Source: a virus (Duplodnaviria > Caudoviricetes). Taken from it: a DNA stretch of 36,498 nt. The stretch lies in IMG/VR virus record IMGVR_UViG_3300017761_002315, positions 1 through 36,498 of that record; one strand, given 5' to 3'. The stretch's first letter is position 1, and every line of letters starts with the position of its first letter. The notes under the pieces were generated by a model. That model did no database searches. It was given only the letters and a program-made list of their open reading frames with translations, and was not told the origin of the DNA. Position numbers and translations under genes: made by a program. Below are positions 26,117 to 34,041 of this stretch, piece by piece.

Positions 26117-28075
26117 ATGAAGACACTCTGGATAGATTTCGAGACGCGCAGTCGCTGCGATCTCAAGGCGCACGGCGTCTATAACTACGCCCGCGATCCG
26201 TCGACCGACGTGCTGTGCATGTCGTGGGCGTTCGACGATGACGAGGTGCAGACCTGGCTGCCCGGCCAGCCGTTCCCCGACGAGGTGCGCAACCACACCG
26301 GCGAAATCCGCGCGCACAACGCCGCGTTCGAGCGGCTGGTGTTCTGGTATGTTCTCCAGATCAACTACGACTTGGAGCAGTTCTACTGCACCGCCACGCA
26401 GGCCCGCGCCAACTGCGCGCCGGGTAGCCTGGAGGACGCAGGCCGCTTCGCTGGCGCAGCGATGCGCAAGGACCACCGTGGCAGCCAACTGGTGCGCGCG
26501 CTGTGCATCCCTCGCCCCGACGGCACGTTCAATGACGACGCCGCCCTGATGACCGCGCTGGTCGAGTACTGCGAGCGTGACGTCCGCGCGATGCGGGCCA
26601 TCTCGCAAGGGATGCGCGACCTGTCCGCCGAGGAGCTGGCCGACTACCACGTCAACGAGCGGATCAACGACGCAGGCGTGCTGGTCGACGTGCCGCTGGC
26701 CAAGGCCGCGCAGGTCTACGCCGCTGCCGAGCTGGAGGAGATACAGGCCCTCGTCGTCTCGGTCACCAAGGGTGCAGTTACGTCGGTGCGCAGCCCCCGG
26801 ATGCGGGAGTGGGTGTGGGACCGCGTCGGCCCGCAGGCGCGCGACCTGATGATGGTCACCAAGGGCGAGGAGACGAAGCGGTCGATCGACAAGAACGTGC
26901 GGGCCTCGCTGCTGGTGCTGGCCGAGGAGAACCCCGACGAGGTGCCCGCCGACGTGGCCGACGTGGTCCAGTGCGCCGACGACCTGTGGGCGTCGAGCGT
27001 CGCCAAGTTCGCGCGCATGGCGGACCTGGCCGACGAGGAGGACCACCGGGTGCGCGGCGCGTTCGTGTTCGCCGGCGGCGCGGCCACAGGCCGGGCGTCC
27101 AGCTACGGCTTGCAAGCGCATAATCTGAGCCGAGACGCGGCGGAAGAACCCGAGGCGGTGCGTCACGCCATGGTGCGTGGCCACCAGATCATCCCTCAGT
27201 TCGGCACGCGGGTGACGAACGTCCTCAAGGGGATGCTGCGTCCGGCATTGATGGCCCCGCCCGGCAAGATGCTGGTGACGGCGGACTGGTCGGCGATCGA
27301 GGCGCGGGTGAACCCGTGGCTGTCAAACTGCGCCGCTGGCGAGGCCAAGCTGGACCTGTTCCGCACGGGCGAGGACATCTACAAGGTCAACGCCTCGGCG
27401 ACGTTCGGCGTCGGCGTGGCTGACGTGGACAAGGCGCAGCGTCAGGTCGGCAAGGTCCAGGAGCTGGCCTGCGGGTTCGGCGGGTCGGTCGGCGCGTTTA
27501 CCGCCATGGGCCGCATCTACAGCGTCGTCATGCCCGAGGCGCAGTCGCGCCGCATGGTCGAGGCGTGGCGGCGAGCGAACCCGTGGGCGGTCGAGCAGTG
27601 GTCCGCGCTGGAGCGGGCCTATACGATCGCCATGCGCCAGCCGGGTCACGAGTTCACCGCCGGGCGGGTCACCTATCTCTACGACCGCCAGCACCTGTGG
27701 TACGCCCTGCCGTCGGGCCGGGTGCTGTGCTATCCTCACGCCCGCTTTGAGCGCGACGGCATCACCTACGCCAAGGCGGCGTGGAAGCCTGCGCAGGATG
27801 CGAAGGAGTGGCCGCGCGCGCGACTGTGGCACGGGCTCGCCTGCGAGAACATCGTCCAGGCGACAGCCAACGACCTGCTGCGCGACGCGCTACGCCGCCT
27901 TGACGCGGCAGGGCAGAGGGTCATCCTGCACGTCCATGACGAAATAGTGCTGGAGGCGGACGATGTAGAGGCTGCCGCTGCGCAGCTTGAAGCCGTAATG
28001 GTAGCGCCCCCCGCGTGGGCGGCGGGGCTACCGCTCGCGGCAGAGGTCAACATTCGGGAGAGGTATGGGAAATGA
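26117..28075 (+). CDS. DNA polymerase family A with 3'-5' exonuclease domain
   Basis: ExoI DFET, ExoII HNAAFE, ExoIII YCERD; pol motif A DWSAIEAR, motif B RQVGKVQELACGFG, motif C HVHDEIV. Confidence 0.95.
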   Translation: MKTLWIDFETRSRCDLKAHGVYNYARDPSTDVLCMSWAFDDDEVQTWLPGQPFPDEVRNHTGEIRAHNAAFERLVFWYVLQINYDLEQFYCTATQARANCAPGSLEDAGRFAGAAMRKDHRGSQLVRALCIPRPDGTFNDDAALMTALVEYCERDVRAMRAISQGMRDLSAEELADYHVNERINDAGVLVDVPLAKAAQVYAAAELEEIQALVVSVTKGAVTSVRSPRMREWVWDRVGPQARDLMMVTKGEETKRSIDKNVRASLLVLAEENPDEVPADVADVVQCADDLWASSVAKFARMADLADEEDHRVRGAFVFAGGAATGRASSYGLQAHNLSRDAAEEPEAVRHAMVRGHQIIPQFGTRVTNVLKGMLRPALMAPPGKMLVTADWSAIEARVNPWLSNCAAGEAKLDLFRTGEDIYKVNASATFGVGVADVDKAQRQVGKVQELACGFGGSVGAFTAMGRIYSVVMPEAQSRRMVEAWRRANPWAVEQWSALERAYTIAMRQPGHEFTAGRVTYLYDRQHLWYALPSGRVLCYPHARFERDGITYAKAAWKPAQDAKEWPRARLWHGLACENIVQATANDLLRDALRRLDAAGQRVILHVHDEIVLEADDVEAAAAQLEAVMVAPPAWAAGLPLAAEVNIRERYGK

Positions 28076-28419
28076 TCACCAGTTTCGTCAGTTCGTCGTT
28101 CGACGCCAGCCACCAAGGGCCGTTCGCCGACCAAGTCCACGGGCACACATGGTTCGTGGAGATCGGGTGGCAGGGCGACTTGGTCAACGCATGGTCGATG
28201 CGCGCGCAGTTGGAAAACTGCCTTGCGCAATGGGACCACAAGATGCTCGACGGGCGTGTCGAGCCGACGAACGAGGGCGTGGCGCAGGCCATCGCCGACC
28301 AGATTGCCGGGCTGTCCGAGGTGACGGTCTGGCGCGAGGGGCGTCTCCGCTGTGGAGCGCGTTGGATCAATAGCAAAAAAGGAGCGGAAATCCGGAACAC
28401 CGCACAGCATGAACAGTGA
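28072..28419 (+). CDS. QueD/PTPS-like T-fold protein lacking the canonical catalytic Cys
   Basis: ATGA overlap with the polymerase stop; FDASH...HGHTW...WDH...PTNE...VWRE aligns by eye with QueD FEAAH...HGHS...LDH...PTSE...VKE. Confidence 0.8.
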   Translation: MITSFVSSSFDASHQGPFADQVHGHTWFVEIGWQGDLVNAWSMRAQLENCLAQWDHKMLDGRVEPTNEGVAQAIADQIAGLSEVTVWREGRLRCGARWINSKKGAEIRNTAQHEQ

Positions 28420-29188
28420 AATGGGGACGGGGGCTGTGGAAGGCCCCCGTCGATTTCCCACCTTCTACCCGGGTTTGCACCAGCCAGGGGACGCAAAGCA
28501 TTTCGAGCGGGCGTGCATCAGCATTCACCGGCTGGAGACGCGGCGCAAACCCATCCCGTGCGCTGACGTAATGATTGACAGCGGCGCGTTCACCAAGCTG
28601 GCCAAGCACGGGCACTACCCGGAGCCGGTCGAGGTCTACGCCGGTCAACTGCACCGGCTGCACACCGAGGGCGTGGTCAACATCACGATTGCGGCAACGC
28701 AGGACTATATGTGCGAGCCGTTTATGCTGGAAAAGACCGGGCTGACGCTGCTGGATCACCAGCGGCTGACGATCGAACGGTTCGACGCGCTGCGCGCAGC
28801 TCTTGCTGTAGCGTTTGACGGACCGCCACCGTTCGCGCTGATGCCTGTGCTGCAAGGGTCGTCGCCTGATGACTACGTCCGCCATCTGCGTGACTATGGC
28901 GCGCGCATCGAGGCCGGCGCGTGGGTGGGTGTAGGATCTGTGTGCAAGCGGCAGGGCGCGCCCGGCGGCATCGAGGCGCTGCTGCGCGCCATCAAACTTG
29001 AGCGCCCCGATATACGGCTGCACGGGTTTGGGGTTAAGCTGACTGCCCTCAAGAATGCGGCGGTCAGAGAGTTGTTGGATACGGCGGACAGCATGGCGTG
29101 GAGTTTCAGCGCCCGCAAGCAGGGCCGCAACGGGAACGATTGGCGCGAGGCCAAGGCGTTCGAGCAAAAAATCAGAGGGGCATCATGA
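28409..29188 (+). CDS. tRNA-guanine-transglycosylase-fold protein, DpdA-like (putative DNA base-exchange enzyme); start uncertain (28352/28409/28421)
   Basis: TGT-type motifs IDSGAF, QDYMCE, PVLQG, GVGS, LHGFG, ADSMAW; adjacent to the QueD-like gene and DNA polymerase. Confidence 0.78.
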   Translation: MNSEMGTGAVEGPRRFPTFYPGLHQPGDAKHFERACISIHRLETRRKPIPCADVMIDSGAFTKLAKHGHYPEPVEVYAGQLHRLHTEGVVNITIAATQDYMCEPFMLEKTGLTLLDHQRLTIERFDALRAALAVAFDGPPPFALMPVLQGSSPDDYVRHLRDYGARIEAGAWVGVGSVCKRQGAPGGIEALLRAIKLERPDIRLHGFGVKLTALKNAAVRELLDTADSMAWSFSARKQGRNGNDWREAKAFEQKIRGAS

Positions 29189-31467
29189 GCGATTTCGTCG
29201 ACTACATCTGCAAGCTGGCACCGGAGGGCGACACCGCCCTGCTGGTCTACCAGAAGCCCGCCAAGGGCACCTTCGTTGACGGCTCGCCCAAGTACACCTG
29301 GCCATCGTTCCTGCCGTCAGAGGGCGTGAAACCGGGCACTGCGGCATACCTCAACACCGGCTCGTTCATCCTTGACCGGATGACGGACGGCGTCAGCGCC
29401 GCGCAGGCCAACTGCGAGTTCATCCTGTGCATGATGCTCGACGACATCGGCACCAAGTCCAAGCGCCCGCCGCTGGAGCCGACGTGGATTATGGAGACGT
29501 CGCCCGGCTCCTTCCAGTGGGGCTACGCCTTCGCCGACCAGCCTCCCAAGGCGGCGTTCGTCGCCGCGATCAAGGCCATCGCCAAGGCAGGCTACACCGA
29601 CCCGGGCGCGACGAACGCGGTGCGCAACTTCCGTATCCCCGGCTCGGTCAACCTCAAGCCTGGACGCGACGCCTTCGCCGCCCGGCTGGTCGAGTTCCAT
29701 CCGGGGCGTGAGTTCACCCTGGAGCAGATCTGCACCGCCCTCGACGTCGTGCCCGACGAGGCCGACACCGCCTCGCACATCTCGCTGCGGCTGGCCGACA
29801 CGGGCGACGACGCCGTGCTCAAGTGGCTGTCCGATCAGGGCATGGTCCTTGGCCGTGCCAACCACTCGGGCTGGATGCCGGTGGTCTGCCCGAACAAGGA
29901 CAAGCACTCCGACGGGTCGATCGAGGCGGGCTACCGTCCGCTCGACCGGGCGTTCTGCTGCCATCACGGCCACTGCGAGACGCTGACGTCGCAGGTCTTC
30001 CTCGACTGGGTCCACCAGAACGGCGGGCCGAACACCGCCCCCGGCCTGCGTGACGACCTGCTGGCCGAGCAGATGCAGCGGGTGCAGGCGGCGTTGACGC
30101 CGACCACCTTCTTTGCCGAGGACGCCGACGACGTGATCGCCGAGGTCACCCGCAAGGAACTGGGCCGGGTCGAGCGGCGGGAGTGGTATAAGCGGTTCGC
30201 CTACGTCCAGATCGAGGACTGCTTCTTCGACCTGGAGGACCGCCGCGAGGTCAGCCGCCAAGCCTTCAACGCCCTCTATCGGCACATCAAGTGCGAGAGC
30301 ATCCACTCGGGGCGCAAGGTCGAGGCGTCGGTCTGCTTTGACGAGAACCGGCAGGCGATGGGTGCGGCGTCGGTCGCTGGCGTCACCTACGCCGCCGGCG
30401 AGGGCGTGCTGGTGGCGCACGGCGGCGAGCCGCTGGCGAACCGCTGGCGTGACGCCCGCCCGCCGATTACTGGCGGGGGTGACCCGACCCGGTGGCTGGA
30501 GCACTGCCGCCTGCTGGTGCCCGACGAGTTCGTGCTGGAGCACCTGTGGGACGTGATGGCCTATAAGCTCCAGAACCCGGCGGTCAAGATCAACCACGCC
30601 GTCCTGCACGGTGGCGACGAGGGCTGCGGCAAGAACAGCATGTGGGCACCGTTCATCTGGTCGGTCTGCGGCCCGCACATGCGCAACCGCGGGCTGGTCG
30701 ACAACGAGAGCCTCAAGTCGCAGTTTGACTACCACCTGGAGAGCGAGATCCTGCTGATCAACGAGCTGCGCGAGCCGGACGCCTCGACACGTCGGGCGCT
30801 GGCGAACAAGCTTAAGCCGATCATCGCCGCGCCGCCCGAGACGCTGCCGGTCAACCGCAAGAACAAGCACCCCTATGAGGTGGCCAACCGGATGTTCGTC
30901 CTGGCCTTCTCCAACGACCCGGTGCCGCTGGCGCTGCCGTCGCAGGATCGGCGCTGGTGCTGCGTCTGGTCGCACGCACCGCGCATGACGCCGGCGGATG
31001 GGCAGGCGCTGTGGGCGTGGTTCAAGGACGGCGGGTTCGAGGCGTGCGCCTCGTGGCTGTCCAAGCGCGACGTGCGGGCGTTCAACCCGGGTGCCGCGCC
31101 GCCGCTGACCGACTTCAAGGACAATCTGGTCGAGCACGGCATGTCGATCGCCGAAAGCTATCTGGTCCAGATGATGCGCGAGCGCGTCGGCGAGTTCGCC
31201 CATGGCGCCATTGGCTCGCCGTTTCAGGCGCTGTGCGAGCGTCTCGCCGCCACGCGGCAGGACGGGGTGAAGGTGCCGCAGCCTGCGCTGCTGCACGCCC
31301 TCAAGGAGGCGGGCTGGCAGGACATGGGGCGGCTTGGATCCGCCGACTACCCGACCAAGAAGCAGATCTTCCTTGCCCCTGGCGTCGGTCGTGGCCTGTC
31401 CAAGAGCGACCTGCGTCGTCTGGTCGAGCCGGAGGCCCGCGAGGGGCTGGTGCTGGTCAAGAAATAG
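29185..31467 (+). CDS. Primase-helicase (RepB-like primase, Zn-binding domain, SF3-like NTPase)
   Basis: LDDIG..., ETSPG.FQWGY, RIPGS; CP....H...C.HGHC; Walker A GDEGCGKN, Walker B LLINE, motif C FSN; ATGA overlap at 29185. Confidence 0.85.
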   Translation: MSDFVDYICKLAPEGDTALLVYQKPAKGTFVDGSPKYTWPSFLPSEGVKPGTAAYLNTGSFILDRMTDGVSAAQANCEFILCMMLDDIGTKSKRPPLEPTWIMETSPGSFQWGYAFADQPPKAAFVAAIKAIAKAGYTDPGATNAVRNFRIPGSVNLKPGRDAFAARLVEFHPGREFTLEQICTALDVVPDEADTASHISLRLADTGDDAVLKWLSDQGMVLGRANHSGWMPVVCPNKDKHSDGSIEAGYRPLDRAFCCHHGHCETLTSQVFLDWVHQNGGPNTAPGLRDDLLAEQMQRVQAALTPTTFFAEDADDVIAEVTRKELGRVERREWYKRFAYVQIEDCFFDLEDRREVSRQAFNALYRHIKCESIHSGRKVEASVCFDENRQAMGAASVAGVTYAAGEGVLVAHGGEPLANRWRDARPPITGGGDPTRWLEHCRLLVPDEFVLEHLWDVMAYKLQNPAVKINHAVLHGGDEGCGKNSMWAPFIWSVCGPHMRNRGLVDNESLKSQFDYHLESEILLINELREPDASTRRALANKLKPIIAAPPETLPVNRKNKHPYEVANRMFVLAFSNDPVPLALPSQDRRWCCVWSHAPRMTPADGQALWAWFKDGGFEACASWLSKRDVRAFNPGAAPPLTDFKDNLVEHGMSIAESYLVQMMRERVGEFAHGAIGSPFQALCERLAATRQDGVKVPQPALLHALKEAGWQDMGRLGSADYPTKKQIFLAPGVGRGLSKSDLRRLVEPEAREGLVLVKK

Positions 31468-31535
31468 GCCCGCGCCGAGGGAGCAGCGCGGGCCTAAGGC
31501 CAACCAATCACAGAAGGCTCGCCGGGGAGGGCGAG
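31465..31535. terminator. Pair of hairpins at the convergence of the replication operon and the leftward early genes
   Basis: taggcccgcgc (31465-31475)/gcgcgggccta (31486-31496) and ctcgcc/ggcgag (31518-31535). Confidence 0.55.
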
Positions 31536-31543
31536 GGCAGAGA

Positions 31544-31642
31544 TTAGCGCGGCAACAGCATCTCGACAAGCCCTATGATGGGCAGGGCGACGGCTGCTGC
31601 GGCCAGCAGGAAGTTGCGGGCGAGGCGGAGCCGGGGCGTCAC
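31544..31642 (-). CDS. 32-aa hydrophobic peptide (MTPRLRLARNFLLAAAAVALPIIGLVEMLLPR)
   Basis: Not in the ORF track; GTGA overlap with the upstream stop; basic N-terminus plus one TM-like segment. Confidence 0.5.
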   Translation of the reverse strand: MTPRLRLARNFLLAAAAVALPIIGLVEMLLPR

Positions 31643-31839
31643 AGCCCAGCCGCTTGCAGTTGGTCGGCGATCGACGGCAGCACCGGCCACGACCGATGCC
31701 AGTCAGCGGCTTTGAGCGCGGCTTGGCGGCTGCGATAGTTCATCCCGCCGCTATGCCAGATGCCGTTCTGCGTCAGTGTGAAGGACCAGCGGTCGCCGTC
31801 CTGCGTCAGTTCGGTGTGCCAGGTGTCAGTCATGGTCAT
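31639..31839 (-). CDS. Hypothetical protein (MTMTDTWHTELTQDG...)
   Basis: Tightly packed in the leftward operon; starts 1 nt after the upstream stop. Confidence 0.6.
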   Translation of the reverse strand: MTMTDTWHTELTQDGDRWSFTLTQNGIWHSGGMNYRSRQAALKAADWHRSWPVLPSIADQLQAAGL

Positions 31840-31840
31840 G

Positions 31841-32026
31841 TCACCAAGCTCCGAACCAGACACCAACACCATGGATGATGGCCACGGGGAAAAAGAACGC
31901 GCCCGCAATGAGAAAGCCCCACGCCCCGGTAGAGAGGCAGGCGATAATGTGTGTGAGCCACGCTGCTACGCACGCGAAGAAAATAGCGGGCACGATGTAG
32001 TCGGCGATGCTGTTGTCGTTTTTCAT
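31841..32026 (-). CDS. Small membrane protein (61 aa, 2 TM)
   Basis: TAATG overlap; almost entirely hydrophobic (AWLTHII.C...WGFLIAGA.FFP.AIIHG). Confidence 0.7.
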   Translation of the reverse strand: MKNDNSIADYIVPAIFFACVAAWLTHIIACLSTGAWGFLIAGAFFFPVAIIHGVGVWFGAW

Positions 32027-32217
32027 TAGATTTTTCCCCAAAAGAGCGAGAGAACACCAGCCATCACGGCCAGCAGGATGAGAGATCGAGGGCGGAATAC
32101 CTCGGCCAAGGCCTTGAACCACAGCGGCGGTTCGTCAGCCGGTCGGAAGTCCCAGCCGCGTTCAGACTGGCTGGTCTGCATGGCCGCAACGCGGCGATGG
32201 TCACGGGGATCGGTCAT
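32026..32217 (-). CDS. Small protein with C-terminal TM helix
   Basis: ATGA overlap and AGGAGA RBS; hydrophobic C-terminus. Confidence 0.65.
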   Translation of the reverse strand: MTDPRDHRRVAAMQTSQSERGWDFRPADEPPLWFKALAEVFRPRSLILLAVMAGVLSLFWGKI

Positions 32218-32420
32218 TGGGCTGTCTCCTGGAGAGCTGCGGCCAGCCGCTCGGCGGCGGCGGCGAGGCGGTCGCGCTGGTCGTCGGTCAGGCCCGCCGG
32301 CAGCCGCTCGATGCGGCCAATGGCGAGGGTGACGTCTGACATGCACCGTTCAAATGAGGTCGTCAGGTCGGTGGCCACCATGTGCGGCGAGCCGTAGACG
32401 GGGTGGGGTTTGAGGATCAC
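32214..32420 (-). CDS. Hypothetical protein
   Basis: 4-nt overlaps with both neighbours. Confidence 0.6.
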   Translation of the reverse strand: MILKPHPVYGSPHMVATDLTTSFERCMSDVTLAIGRIERLPAGLTDDQRDRLAAAAERLAAALQETAQ

Positions 32421-32707
32421 CGGCGCACCCCTACGATGTCAGCCGCGACCGCCAGCCAGTCAGTCGCCGGCAGGTCAGCGCCCACGTCATAGGCGTGCTG
32501 GAGGGCGTTCTCATAGGCCAGGCGGGCGTCAAGGCGCGCCTCGTTCGCGTCGATCATGGCGGCGCGGGCGTCGTCCAGTGCGTCGATGGCTAGATCCTTG
32601 GCGCAGTCGTCGCAGTGGCCGCTCTGGTCGAGGTCGTGTTCGTTATCGGTGAACCACTGGCCGCAGTGCGCGCACTCGCCGCCGTGGACGTCTTGAGGGT
32701 CGAACAT
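32417..32707 (-). CDS. Hypothetical protein with CxxC...CxxC Zn-ribbon
   Basis: CAHC and CDDC; AGGAG RBS 8 nt before ATG 32707; directly downstream of promoter element 1. Confidence 0.7.
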   Translation of the reverse strand: MFDPQDVHGGECAHCGQWFTDNEHDLDQSGHCDDCAKDLAIDALDDARAAMIDANEARLDARLAYENALQHAYDVGADLPATDWLAVAADIVGVRR

Positions 32708-32740
32708 AGTCAAGTCTCCTGTGATTGGTTGGGATAATGT

Positions 32741-32764
32741 CTAGCAATGGTGCTAGGTTGTCAA
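32741..32764 (-). promoter_or_regulatory. Early promoter/operator element 1
   Basis: Minus strand TTGACA-AC-CTAGCA-CCAT-TGCTAG. Confidence 0.7.
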
Positions 32765-32956
32765 GTCCGCCGCGAGCTGCGCGAGGGCTTGTTGCCGTTC
32801 GGTCACGACCGCAGCGAGGGCGTCGCGGGCGGTGTCTGAGATCTTAAGGCGCAGCTTGCCGGCAAGGCCCGCCTGGACGGTCGAGCGCGCGACGCCTAGC
32901 AGCGCGGCCAGCTCGCGGTCACTCATGCCGGTCGCCTGTTTGAACGCGGCGATCAT
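32753..32956 (-). CDS. Small Cro/XRE-like HTH protein
   Basis: GMSDRELAALLGVARSTVQ helix-turn-helix; ATGA overlap at 32953-32956. Confidence 0.7.
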   Translation of the reverse strand: MIAAFKQATGMSDRELAALLGVARSTVQAGLAGKLRLKISDTARDALAAVVTERQQALAQLAADLTT

Positions 32957-33249
32957 GACGCGAGCCGGTCGAGGTCGGCCAGCCAGTCGGCGAAGGCACC
33001 GGGCGTCAGGTCTTCGACGGTGGTCGTGCCGTCGGCCTCGCCGCACGACTCGAACGGTCGCGTGCGGGCGTGGTCGGTCAGGGCTTGCAGGGCGGCGAGG
33101 GCGTCGGGCAATTCGCTCAAGTCGATGCCGCGCGCGGTCAGGGCGTCGCCGAGGGCGTCAAGGTCGGCGATCGCGTCGGCCAGGGTGATAGCGTCGGACG
33201 GGCTCGCGGCGAGCCGCGCGCGTTCGAGGGTGTCAAGGATCAGTTTCAT
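32953..33249 (-). CDS. Hypothetical acidic protein
   Basis: GGAG RBS; downstream of promoter element 2. Confidence 0.65.
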   Translation of the reverse strand: MKLILDTLERARLAASPSDAITLADAIADLDALGDALTARGIDLSELPDALAALQALTDHARTRPFESCGEADGTTTVEDLTPGAFADWLADLDRLAS

Positions 33250-33281
33250 CAGGGTCGCTCCGTGGTTGGAGCGTTAGCAGT

Positions 33282-33305
33282 GCGGCAAGTCTGCTAGGGT
33301 GTCAA
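33282..33305 (-). promoter_or_regulatory. Early promoter/operator element 2
   Basis: Minus strand TTGACA-CC-CTAGCA-GACT-TGCCGC. Confidence 0.65.
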
Positions 33306-33308
33306 GGC

Positions 33309-33560
33309 TTATTTGCCACTTTTCTTACCGCTGCACTTCCAGCGCTCGCGGCTCAGCCGGAGCGGGCTGTCAGGGTCCGCTGCCGCCTTGGGGCTGGCCT
33401 TCATCTGGCCAGCGGAGCGCGCGCAATAGGCGTCGCCTTTGGCGGTGTTAGGGCGGACGCGCGGGCCACCGTCGGACGCCTTGCCGGCCTGTCCGTAGGA
33501 TACACGCTTGCCATCGTCAGTGACCTTAACGACGGCTTTTCCTTTTGCGGGCTTTGCCAT
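33309..33560 (-). CDS. Small basic conserved phage protein (YCARS...SPL..SR.RWKC type)
   Basis: Lys/Arg-rich 83 aa with V.YGQ.G, YCARS.GQ and RWKC motifs that I recognise from uncharacterised phage proteins. Confidence 0.7.
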   Translation of the reverse strand: MAKPAKGKAVVKVTDDGKRVSYGQAGKASDGGPRVRPNTAKGDAYCARSAGQMKASPKAAADPDSPLRLSRERWKCSGKKSGK

Positions 33561-33609
33561 GGGAGAGCCTTTTGGGTTAGGATTGGCTGGTAATCATGGA
33601 GCTACTGTA

Positions 33610-33756
33610 ATGCCGCGCGGTCTTTATTCCAACATCAACGCGAAACGCGAGCGTATCGCGTCGGGATCTGGCGAGAAAATGAACAAGCCAGGGTCGAAGG
33701 GCGCGCCGGCTGACGCCGCGTTCAAGGCGTCGGCGAAGACGGCTAAAAAGAAATAG
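33610..33756 (+). CDS. 48-aa basic conserved phage protein (MPRGLYSNINAKRERIASGSGEKM...KTAKKK)
   Basis: GGAG RBS before ATG 33610; the GLY.NI.AKR.RI..GSGEKM.KPG pattern recurs in uncharacterised small phage proteins. Confidence 0.7.
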   Translation: MPRGLYSNINAKRERIASGSGEKMNKPGSKGAPADAAFKASAKTAKKK

Positions 33757-33782
33757 CCCGCCGGTCCTAGGGACTGACGGGC
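33745..33782 (-). terminator. Intrinsic terminator (minus strand)
   Basis: GCCCGTCAGTCC-CTA-GGACCGGCGGGC stem followed by TATTTCTTTTT on the minus strand. Confidence 0.6.
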
Positions 33783-33799
33783 CAGGGCGTGACGGGACG

Positions 33800-33823
33800 T
33801 CGACGGGGACTAGTCCCCGTCGA
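33800..33823. repeat. Perfect 24-bp palindrome tcgacggggactagtccccgtcga
   Basis: Exact dyad with no spacer, centred on CTAG. Confidence 0.85.
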
Positions 33824-33965
33824 TGATATCGCAAAGCAGGCTGACGCCCACTTCCCACGCGTCAGCGCGCGAGACTTCAATTTCTTCACGGACCTGGCCC
33901 GCATACGTCACGCGGACGCAGAACAGGTCTGCCGAAGTTTCGATGATGTTGATGGCTTCGCGCAT
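33810..33965 (-). CDS. 51-aa hypothetical protein (MREAINIIETSADLFCVRVTYAGQ...)
   Basis: Not in the ORF track; AGGGGAGA RBS; directly downstream of promoter element 3. Confidence 0.65.
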   Translation of the reverse strand: MREAINIIETSADLFCVRVTYAGQVREEIEVSRADAWEVGVSLLCDIIDGD

Positions 33966-34008
33966 GGCGATCTCCCCTAGGGCTTGATTGCCCCTGTCCC
34001 TCTTGTCT

Positions 34009-34032
34009 ATGGCAAGTGTGCTAGGGTGTCAA
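34009..34032 (-). promoter_or_regulatory. Early promoter/operator element 3
   Basis: Minus strand TTGACA-CC-CTAGCA-CACT-TGCCAT. Confidence 0.7.
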
Positions 34033-34041
34033 CACCTATTT

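Noticed and set aside
28352-28421. Programmed frameshift fusing the QueD-like and TGT-like ORFs at the A6 run (28375-28380)
   Set aside because: Fusion would need a +1 shift, no canonical in-frame slippery heptamer or stimulator is evident, and in-frame ATGs at 28409 and 28421 explain the overlap.
32753-32956. HTH protein as a CI-type lysogeny repressor
   Set aside because: Only 67 aa with no peptidase domain; no integrase, att site or cI/cro divergent pair was found, so lysogeny cannot be supported.
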